DNA of 25,192 nucleotides from a virus: UHGV virus genome UHGV-1402771; one strand, 5' to 3'. Shown piece by piece: positions 17,822 to 25,192 of this stretch (position 1 is its first letter; each line of letters starts with the position of its first letter). The notes under the pieces were generated by a model. It saw only the letters and a program-made list of their open reading frames with translations, ran no database searches and was not told where the DNA came from. The position numbers and the translations under genes were made by a program.

Positions 17822-19093
17822 TTACGGATTACCGAAGAACTGACCGCCCATGTGTGGGTTAAAGCACACATATGCAGGCAGTAAGTCGAAGCGCATTTTT
17901 TGCACGTTGGCATCGCCATCTGCGTATTTATGTACGCGGATGGAGAAACCTTCATATGTTGCAACAGCAGAATCAATACTGTGCAGTTTCTGCAGTGGGA
18001 TAGATCCAAGTCCACAGAAGAACTTGTTATAGAACAGGTTTGGCTTCATTGTCTGGCTAGCAGTGCCTACTACAGATACGGCATCGCCTGCCTCTACCTG
18101 ACGACTTACAGAGTTGTACTGCGGGTTTGTAGTGTCATAAATCGGAACACCAGAAAGCGTAACCGTCACATCGCCACTGCTGTCTGAATTAGCATCAGCA
18201 GTAACCGTTGCAGTGAAGCTAATTGGTGTGGCTCCGTTATACAACGCCTGTTTGGTCTGCTGTTGCAGCCAGTAGGTATTGGTGAATTTGACCTGATCAC
18301 CAGCTTTCAGAAAACCTGTAACGCTGGCTGTCGCTCCGGTCAATGTTACAGTGAACTGGTATGAGTCTTTAACTGCGTTATAGGTAACAGTTGGCTGTGT
18401 TTTGACTGTCAGTGTTCCGCCAAATGCCCCCTGCGTACGAGAGGCAAGCCCATTAGACATCAGTGCGCGAATGCCGCCAAAATTGGTTGGGATCTGTGCG
18501 TTCTCCCATGCAGTACGAACCAATTGATCTGAAGCATGCAAACCAGTCTGCGCATCAGCAAGTCGCTGTGCAGACCATGGATCCATTACAGCATAGTTTT
18601 CACCTTCATTAACGCCGAGGTCTTTCAGGAAAGATGCCGTCTGCGCAACATCAGACCATTTGGTGATTGGAGTATTGGGGCTACCAAGTGACAACGCACC
18701 GTTATTCATCATGAAGTGAGCAAGCTCTGTTTCAAGGTCGGTAACGATTCGCTGGCGAACCGGCGCGAGAATTTCTTCCAGCTGGTTAAGCTTGATCGCT
18801 TCCTCCAGTTGCTGATATTCAACAGCAACAGTGATGTAGTTACCTACACGCCCCGTAGCTTTACCTGAGATCAGGTTGTTTTTATTTTGCCCTGAAATAT
18901 CACCAGTGGGAGTACGGAGGGATGAGAATTGATGCGGACGTTTAAAGCTAACGCTATCGCCAGTGCTGGAGTTGATTTCACCTGCCAGCAACTGACGGTC
19001 TACGGTTTTCGCCAGAACTAAATCTGACATAAAACCCGGAAGGAATTTTTTCAGAACGATTTGACTGACGTTACTGTCGAGATTGTTAGGCAT
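17822..19093 (-). CDS. major capsid (coat) protein, Sf6-type
   Basis: 423 aa; N-terminus MPNNLDSNVSQIVLKKFLPGF matches my memory of the Sf6/HK620-type coat protein; follows the scaffold gene. Confidence 0.85.
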   Translation of the reverse strand: MPNNLDSNVSQIVLKKFLPGFMSDLVLAKTVDRQLLAGEINSSTGDSVSFKRPHQFSSLRTPTGDISGQNKNNLISGKATGRVGNYITVAVEYQQLEEAIKLNQLEEILAPVRQRIVTDLETELAHFMMNNGALSLGSPNTPITKWSDVAQTASFLKDLGVNEGENYAVMDPWSAQRLADAQTGLHASDQLVRTAWENAQIPTNFGGIRALMSNGLASRTQGAFGGTLTVKTQPTVTYNAVKDSYQFTVTLTGATASVTGFLKAGDQVKFTNTYWLQQQTKQALYNGATPISFTATVTADANSDSSGDVTVTLSGVPIYDTTNPQYNSVSRQVEAGDAVSVVGTASQTMKPNLFYNKFFCGLGSIPLQKLHSIDSAVATYEGFSIRVHKYADGDANVQKMRFDLLPAYVCFNPHMGGQFFGNP

Positions 19094-19104
19094 TTATCTT
19101 TTCC

Positions 19105-19989
19105 TTATTCGATTTTTGCGCCGGGGCATAATTTGTTGAATTCGTCTTGTTTCGCATCAGCACCGCCACCACGTACTTCCGGCTCTGGCTTGATGGCTTT
19201 CTTTGGTTTTGGAGCAAGGCTTACCTGTTTGCTAATCTGCCCCAAGAGGAATGCTGCGCGAATTGGATCTGTCTCAGCGGCTACACGCTGGCGTAATTGC
19301 TGGCTCTTACCTAAGCCATAGGCGAGTAGTTCAGAGCCTTCGTCTGCACAGTGAATGATGATTTCCTGCTGAATTGGTGGTAGCTCACTAAGAACAATGG
19401 CTTCCATTTCCTGATAATCTTTCACAGGAAGTTTGGCTGCCCGTTGTTTATGCGCTTCTACCCTTTGCTGGAAACGCTGCTGGTATTCCTGTTGCTGACG
19501 TAGTTTTTGTTGCTGCTGCTGTTCGACACGGCCTTTTTTCTCATGCCAATCAGTCAATGCCTGTTCAAACGCCTGTTCGTCATAATCACACGACTCAAGA
19601 GTCGGTTTTGGTGGAATAGCGTCTGGTTGTGGTTGCTGATGTTCCGCATGCTTGGCTAATGCTTCCTCAAGCTGGCGTCGCAACTCACGGTTTTCTTTCT
19701 GTGTTTCTTTGAAGCCTTTGCGAAGATCTTTCACCCATTGCGGTGCAGGTTGCCCGTCAATGTGATCATTATCGTCAGCGTTAAGCTGAATTTCTTCATC
19801 ACCAATACGCAAGGCGTAATCTTCTGGTGTCTCTTCGGTTTTTTCAGGATCAGTTGCCATCTCTTTTCCGTTGTCATCCTGGCTTTCATTCTCAGGCTGT
19901 GACTCTGTTTGGATGATGGTTTCTTCTGCATTTTCCTGTGTTTCAGACAGGTCAATAACCTGACCGTCGATGATCAGTTCGTTTTCCAT
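19105..19989 (-). CDS. scaffolding protein
   Basis: 294 aa, highly acidic and Q-rich, predicted helical; between portal and coat. Confidence 0.8.
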   Translation of the reverse strand: MENELIIDGQVIDLSETQENAEETIIQTESQPENESQDDNGKEMATDPEKTEETPEDYALRIGDEEIQLNADDNDHIDGQPAPQWVKDLRKGFKETQKENRELRRQLEEALAKHAEHQQPQPDAIPPKPTLESCDYDEQAFEQALTDWHEKKGRVEQQQQQKLRQQQEYQQRFQQRVEAHKQRAAKLPVKDYQEMEAIVLSELPPIQQEIIIHCADEGSELLAYGLGKSQQLRQRVAAETDPIRAAFLLGQISKQVSLAPKPKKAIKPEPEVRGGGADAKQDEFNKLCPGAKIE

Positions 19990-20002
19990 TGATTACTCCT
20001 GG

Positions 20003-22129
20003 TTAACTCGGCATTAAGTCTGCCGGTGACTGTGGTGGTGACTGGAATTGCTGTTGTTGTGACTCGGCGACATCTTTCAGAAGGCGTATTGCCTCCATCA
20101 CTGCTTTGTCATCGATGTTTCTGGCTTGAGCCAGTTTATAGACAGTGTTTGCCTGACTCTCCATCGCATCCTGCTGGGCAGTAAATGCTTTGATTTGAGT
20201 TTGAGCAGTTTCGTTAGTTGCTTTTTGCGCTTCTGCCTGCGCTGCTACCATTTGCGCCTGAGCGAGAACCATTTCAGGATTTGGCTGGCTTTGTGCTGCC
20301 ATTTGCGCCTGTTGAACAATCTGCTGCTCTTTCTCATTGCGTGGTTTTGCAATACCAGATATCAGCAGTTGGTTTCGGTTGTACTCTTTGAAGTCATCAA
20401 GGCCTTCGCCATCGATATTGTCCAGAATAATACCCTGAATTGCCGGGCGCATTGGGTCTGTTGGAAGCATAGAGCTAAGGACATTTGTCAGTACAGAAAC
20501 CGTTGCATCACGTCGTGCTGTGTAGCTTGGTCCAACATCAACCGTCACATCGTATCGACCGACAGAAAGGTCATTTAACGCAACAACAGCCCCTGTTTGC
20601 CTGTCAACAACCTGTGCGCTCAGGACAGCGATATCATCACTTCCATCTTCGTTAACGATGCGCACTTCACGTTCTGAACCGTACACTTCACGCGCCATTG
20701 ACAGCCATACTTCACCAGCGCGTTTAAGACTTTTCGCCATATTATCCAGATAGATAAACGAAGCCATATCTGCTCTGTTCATCAAGTTGTTAACCGTTTC
20801 CTGAGCAATATTACTTGGCATCTGCTGCATGGCCTGACTGCCGCCTGTAACCTCCTGAATATCAGCACTGGTTTGCTGTAGTAATGCAGCCAATGCCTGA
20901 TTCATAACCGCAGGCTGTGTATATCCTGCCGGGGTAGCTCCAGCGATAATGTTGCCAGATTTATCTCTCACTTCGCGCAACGGCAAGAACGCTGGGCGTT
21001 TCTTGTTGCGAGCCTCCCAGTGCTTCTCAAGTCCACGAATTTGCTCCATGCCAACTATAGGGATCTGACCGGGGTCTTGCGCTGCAGTATCAGCCAGCAT
21101 TGAAACCTGAAGGTTGTACAAACGCTGTGGATCCATTGCTTTTGCAATGTGCCCTTCGACACGCTCAATGTCATCAATGAACCAGCGTTTTCCATAAACC
21201 GGGATGAGGGGGATATGCTCACCAGGAATACGTCGAGGTTTCTCAAGGAAACCATCACCATCCACTACGGATACATACACACGACGGCGCTTCACTGAGC
21301 GCCTTGCCACTTCCTGAAATCCAGCTATTGCCAGTTCATCTTCAATATCTTCAACCTGATCACTGTCGTATGTTGCAATCTCTCCAGTGATTGGATGTCG
21401 ATAACTGATGACGTCAACAGACTCTTTACGAACTTCGTAATACTTCGCTATGTAAATAACATCTGCACCAAACCAGTTATATTCCCAACTGGTCATAGAC
21501 GTTACATCCAGAGAAGTAGGAGGTTTCTTTCCGTATTCAGCCTCATATTTTTCAGGTGACAACGAATACATACAGAACGCCCACAACGCGTCAGATTTGT
21601 CGTACTTCTTAGCGTCAGGGTCAAACCACACAGAGCGCGACGGGTCGTATATTGGTTCAATAGCAATACGCTGACGATCGTCCATGGGGTCGTATTCATT
21701 GACCAGCATCGACGTCAAACGGAAGCAACCGAAACCACCAGTAGCAGCGTCGTCAAATGCATTATCGCAAGCCTCACCGCCATCAGTTTCTTCGTAGTCA
21801 GCACGGAACAGACCATTTAATTTATTGGCTAACTCTTCGCTTGCCTCTCTGTCACCAGGACGAAACTTAACGGTTATTCTGTTATTGCGGTATTCTGCAA
21901 TGATGCGGTTAAGTTCAGTTGCTACCTTATTGATTTCAAACTTAGGATACTTCTCGAACTGCTCATCAAGCTTAGTTCCAGCCGCCGTTGCTCCTTCCCA
22001 TTGACCTCCGGGGACACGAGCAAACCTCGTAGCTTCAATGCACTTTTCGCGCACTTCCTTCTGTGGAGAATAGGCGCGGTCAAACCTGAGCATGATCCGC
22101 TCATGTTTTTTCTCTAATGTCTCTGCCAT
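20003..22129 (-). CDS. portal protein
   Basis: 708 aa starting at MAETLEKKHERIM (ATG at 22127-22129, 2 nt after the TerL stop); the ORF-track start at 22201 would overlap TerL by 70 nt; Q-rich C-terminal tail as in P22-like portals. Confidence 0.85.
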   Translation of the reverse strand: MAETLEKKHERIMLRFDRAYSPQKEVREKCIEATRFARVPGGQWEGATAAGTKLDEQFEKYPKFEINKVATELNRIIAEYRNNRITVKFRPGDREASEELANKLNGLFRADYEETDGGEACDNAFDDAATGGFGCFRLTSMLVNEYDPMDDRQRIAIEPIYDPSRSVWFDPDAKKYDKSDALWAFCMYSLSPEKYEAEYGKKPPTSLDVTSMTSWEYNWFGADVIYIAKYYEVRKESVDVISYRHPITGEIATYDSDQVEDIEDELAIAGFQEVARRSVKRRRVYVSVVDGDGFLEKPRRIPGEHIPLIPVYGKRWFIDDIERVEGHIAKAMDPQRLYNLQVSMLADTAAQDPGQIPIVGMEQIRGLEKHWEARNKKRPAFLPLREVRDKSGNIIAGATPAGYTQPAVMNQALAALLQQTSADIQEVTGGSQAMQQMPSNIAQETVNNLMNRADMASFIYLDNMAKSLKRAGEVWLSMAREVYGSEREVRIVNEDGSDDIAVLSAQVVDRQTGAVVALNDLSVGRYDVTVDVGPSYTARRDATVSVLTNVLSSMLPTDPMRPAIQGIILDNIDGEGLDDFKEYNRNQLLISGIAKPRNEKEQQIVQQAQMAAQSQPNPEMVLAQAQMVAAQAEAQKATNETAQTQIKAFTAQQDAMESQANTVYKLAQARNIDDKAVMEAIRLLKDVAESQQQQFQSPPQSPADLMPS

Positions 22130-22131
22130 GT

Positions 22132-23544
22132 TTACCAACCGGAGGATGAGGGAACGTATATTTCTGTTTCTTCGCGGACCAATGCCGGGCAATGCATACA
22201 CATCATCAGCGCATCAGCCAGGTTAGGAGATGGAATACCGAGCTTCTGCTTCATTTCGACCTTAGTCATAAGCTCCAGCTTCCCGTTATTATTGAATTTG
22301 CGCTGAATCTGCGTCAGTTCTGCAAACAGCTTCTCCAGCATCTTCTCGCCTATCACTTCTTTGTCGAAACTCAGCATGTCGTCGGGGTCTGCATACTCAC
22401 CGTGGACAACCGCCCGATATGTCAGATACAGCCTGTCAGCCAGCGCGTAATAGAATTGCGCTCGCTTATTGCGGAATACATCACCAATAGTGCGAACGTT
22501 GTCGCCCTGTACGACTTCATCAGCCCATGCTCCGGCCTGATAAGGCGCATCTTCATCGAATGGCGATTCGCTGCCCTTGAACATCGTGGCGGTAATTTTC
22601 TTGCCGGAGAATGCTTCCGTTGTCTGTCTGCGTAGCCCTGCACCGACACCATCGCCATCCCACAGGTAATGGTCAGCGCCGTCTTCAATCGCCAGCGAAG
22701 TAGCCCAGTCAGCACCCTCGTTGATGTCCATCAGCAGACCTTCGGCAATGCGCTTAACTACCGAACCGTGACGCGATGCATAACCTTTAGCATCCGGCCC
22801 TGTATCTGACGGGTCATGCGCAGAGACAACAGCACCTTTCGCTTTCCATCCGAGTTTCTTGTGCGCATCGGTTGCGGCTTCAAGCCATTCACGTTTGATG
22901 ATTGCCATATCACTTGCGCTTACTGGCTCACCAAGCCAGATGTGACGATACAGTGTCGGGTTTCTGCGTTTACACTCTTCCATCTCCAGACGGAGAACTT
23001 CAGGAAAGTGCGGATTGTCGGTGTAGTTCGCCGTCAGCAGACAAATATCATCAGGAGGATTTACGACGAATCGCTGATAGGTATCGTCGAGGATGTTCTT
23101 CGGGTTAAAGCTCACCCATATTTCAGAGAACGGCTTACGGATGGTTGGTATCAGGATATCCCATGATTCCTTCGTTACCGCCTCCGCTTCTTCCACCCAG
23201 CAGATATCAATACCTTCGAGCGATTTAATCTTCGTCGGGTTGTTTTTTATTCCGTAGAACATGAATTCAGCATTCGTTCCGAGATGACGAATCATTGAAC
23301 GCTGAATTTCAAACTCAGCCGAATACCCTTCACGCTCGATGGTATCTTCAAGCAACCGGATTACCGAATCGCTGATACTGTTTTGCAGTTCACGAGCACA
23401 GAGAATACGCACTGGCTGCCGACGCGCCGCTTCAACAAGCAGTCTCGCAATTGCCCATGATTTACCGCTACCTCGACCGCCTTTGGCGACTTTGTAGCGA
23501 TGCGCCTCAATGAACGGTTCAAAGATAGGATTAATCGAGGTCAT
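22132..23544 (-). CDS. terminase large subunit
   Basis: 470 aa; Walker A KGGRGSGKS near the N-terminus; acidic nuclease-type C-terminal half; coupled to TerS (ATGA overlap). Confidence 0.9.
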   Translation of the reverse strand: MTSINPIFEPFIEAHRYKVAKGGRGSGKSWAIARLLVEAARRQPVRILCARELQNSISDSVIRLLEDTIEREGYSAEFEIQRSMIRHLGTNAEFMFYGIKNNPTKIKSLEGIDICWVEEAEAVTKESWDILIPTIRKPFSEIWVSFNPKNILDDTYQRFVVNPPDDICLLTANYTDNPHFPEVLRLEMEECKRRNPTLYRHIWLGEPVSASDMAIIKREWLEAATDAHKKLGWKAKGAVVSAHDPSDTGPDAKGYASRHGSVVKRIAEGLLMDINEGADWATSLAIEDGADHYLWDGDGVGAGLRRQTTEAFSGKKITATMFKGSESPFDEDAPYQAGAWADEVVQGDNVRTIGDVFRNKRAQFYYALADRLYLTYRAVVHGEYADPDDMLSFDKEVIGEKMLEKLFAELTQIQRKFNNNGKLELMTKVEMKQKLGIPSPNLADALMMCMHCPALVREETEIYVPSSSGW

Positions 23545-23981
23545 TTTCCGAATAGAGTGCTCATCGGTGATGTTTCAATCTGAATTGCGCCGCCGTCTTT
23601 GCCTGTTAGCTCGTGATCAACCTTGTCGCGCCATTTATCCTTCTGTCGGTTCTTAAGCCAGAAAATGGCAGCGGTTGTATCAGGCGGGTAATACTTCTCA
23701 AGCGGAGTTTCGACAATTCTGTTTTCAATAACACGAATATCGATATCTGGAGCCACGAAGCCCATAGCGCGTTGATAAAGACGATCACTAACTTCTGCAT
23801 CAGCGACGGCCTTACCCTTTTTTATGGACTCCGAAAACTCAGGATAATCAAGCTTCCACTTGTTAATAGTTGACTCACTGACTTCAAAGAAATCAGCAAG
23901 TTCTGCATCGGTGTAGCCCAGCAAGCACAGTTTGCGTGCCTGTTCGGCATACGCCTCTTGATACTTTGTTGGGCGTGCCAT
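23541..23981 (-). CDS. terminase small subunit
   Basis: 146 aa directly upstream of and overlapping TerL; helix-turn-helix-like N-terminus (YTDAELADFFEVSESTINKW). Confidence 0.75.
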   Translation of the reverse strand: MARPTKYQEAYAEQARKLCLLGYTDAELADFFEVSESTINKWKLDYPEFSESIKKGKAVADAEVSDRLYQRAMGFVAPDIDIRVIENRIVETPLEKYYPPDTTAAIFWLKNRQKDKWRDKVDHELTGKDGGAIQIETSPMSTLFGK

Positions 23982-23983
23982 GT

Positions 23984-24226
23984 TTATGCTCCGGTAGTGA
24001 ACAGGTCTAACGCTTCCTTCGATTTACGCACCGCTTCGATAGTGCGGGTCGTGATATCTGAATTAGCGCCACCTGACTGGAAGTGAATTTTGAATAGCTC
24101 AAGCTTCAGCTCGTCAGTGCCAATGAATTGAAATGCTTCTTCTGCGGCTGCGTTCTGGTTCATGACCAGTTTGTAAATCTCTAACTGGAATTTCTGTTCT
24201 TCAGTCATGGGAATAATCTCTGCCAT
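23984..24226 (-). CDS. hypothetical protein upstream of terminase genes
   Basis: 80 aa; 2-nt gap to the TerS start; GGAG RBS. Confidence 0.5.
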   Translation of the reverse strand: MAEIIPMTEEQKFQLEIYKLVMNQNAAAEEAFQFIGTDELKLELFKIHFQSGGANSDITTRTIEAVRKSKEALDLFTTGA

Positions 24227-24673
24227 TGTTGGCTCCGTTTATCCGTTAAAAGGGATATCAGTTAAGTTATCCCGTGTAGGGTATAAGCCATTGTCGAGAC
24301 CACTCATTGAATGGTCTCTGCAATAACCGATGTCTTTCCATCAGTCCGCCACCACAAAGAATCTTTTTTGCCATAAGGCAGGAGGTTCATCTTTCAGTGG
24401 CTGCCAGTGTTATTTTCCCACTTTCTGGCTTGGGTTGTTTCGCTGTACTGCCGTAACTGGTTACCCAGAATAAATTCCGGTTTCATTATCAAGCCCACCC
24501 GTAGATAGGCTTTGTAATGAACTGGCTCTTATCTCAACGCAGCCCCTTACCGCGCGCCAGATGCTCAACTTCAAGCATCAGCAATGAGATGTTTAATCTG
24601 GATTCACTCCAGAAGTGATCACCACCCTGTCTACAGAGCCAGATGTGAAGGATGATGAGTAAAATTATCGCTA

Positions 24674-25141
24674 TCATCGAAGGCATTGCGTCCTGATGTA
24701 TTCCTGAAGCGTTCTCAGTGCTGTTTGGTCGCGGATAATTCCGTCCCGGACACCGAGAACGTTTCGTCCAGCAACTGGAGAGAGTTCGACGGTGGCATCA
24801 TTGCCCATGCCGGAGGCGCCGGAGGTTTCGGCTGAGGATGGCACAGGGCATTTTCCTTTGACGAGCACCCTGCCACCATTATCAAGCTTGCGACGAAGAG
24901 CATCATTTTCAGCTTTCGCATCAGCTAACTCCTTCGTGTATTTAGCATCGAGTACATCAGCAGCACGCTGGCGTTGCTGCATGTCAGTAATGGTGGCGGT
25001 CGCCTGCTTCAGCTCACTGACTTTTTTATCTCGCTGCTCTTTGTAGGCGATGGCGTTATCACGGTAATGATTGACCGCCCATGACAGGCAGACGATGATA
25101 CAGATAACCAGAGCGGAGATAATCGCGGTTACTCTGCTCAT
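24674..25141 (-). CDS. Rz: i-spanin Rz
   Basis: 155 aa; N-terminus [31 protein letters not shown] and the central AAITDMQ / [19 protein letters not shown] segments closely match lambda Rz as I recall it. Confidence 0.85.
   Translation of the reverse strand: MSRVTAIISALVICIIVCLSWAVNHYRDNAIAYKEQRDKKVSELKQATATITDMQQRQRAADVLDAKYTKELADAKAENDALRRKLDNGGRVLVKGKCPVPSSAETSGASGMGNDATVELSPVAGRNVLGVRDGIIRDQTALRTLQEYIRTQCLR
24715..24921 (-). CDS. Rz1: o-spanin Rz1 (embedded in Rz, +1 frame)
   Basis: Nested ORF with lipobox MVAGC followed by the proline-rich [11 protein letters not shown], as in lambda Rz1. Confidence 0.7.
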   Translation of the reverse strand: MRKLKMMLFVASLIMVAGCSSKENALCHPQPKPPAPPAWAMMPPSNSLQLLDETFSVSGTELSATKQH

Positions 25142-25192
25142 ACCTCAATCTCTCTGACCGTTCCGCCAGCCTCTTTGAATTTTGCAATCAGG
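25138..25192 (-). CDS. endolysin, C-terminal fragment (gene continues beyond the window)
   Basis: Reverse strand reads ...[21 protein letters not shown], with the stop overlapping the Rz ATG (ATGA); resembles the lambda R C-terminus from memory. Confidence 0.5.
   Translation of the reverse strand, partial: LIAKFKEAGGTVREIEV

Noticed and set aside
20126..20578. 150-aa + strand ORF inside the portal gene
   Set aside because: Antisense artefact; Cys/Leu-rich and without a start context.
22192..23166. + strand ORFs of 68-147 aa inside the large terminase gene
   Set aside because: Antisense to a high-confidence terminase ORF with a Walker A motif; no independent support.
24330..24473. 47-aa + strand ORF in the lysis-terminase spacer
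   Set aside because: Opposite to both flanking operons, no RBS and a Cys/Phe-rich translation; likely chance.

Overview
The whole window reads as a P22/Sf6-like temperate podovirus genome, with no host chromosome visible. It is in the unintegrated (attP-intact) configuration: xis and a P4-family tyrosine integrase flank an attachment region that carries the 3' end of an argW-type tRNA-Arg sequence. From memory the layout matches the K1-specific E. coli phage CUS-3, but I could not run any search, so that identity is recognition, not a database result. Left to right: a + strand early-left operon (TraR-like zinc finger, Ead/Ea22-like, DUF551-like and small ORFs), then xis, attP and int. Everything after that is the late region on the - strand: an AT-rich hexapeptide-repeat acetyltransferase beginning with 9 copies of a 7-bp repeat (NeuO-like, phase-variable), a chimeric endosialidase-type tailspike, an immI-like ant/arc/mnt switch with two exported-protein genes coupled to mnt, the ejection proteins, tail needle, coat, scaffold, portal, terminases and the Rz/Rz1 end of the lysis cassette. 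The most notable system is the repeat-controlled acetyltransferase paired with the sialidase-like tailspike; I believe it is already described for CUS-3 rather than new. The less characterised candidates are the mnt-linked exported proteins, the sar-like hairpin and the small ORF after Rz.
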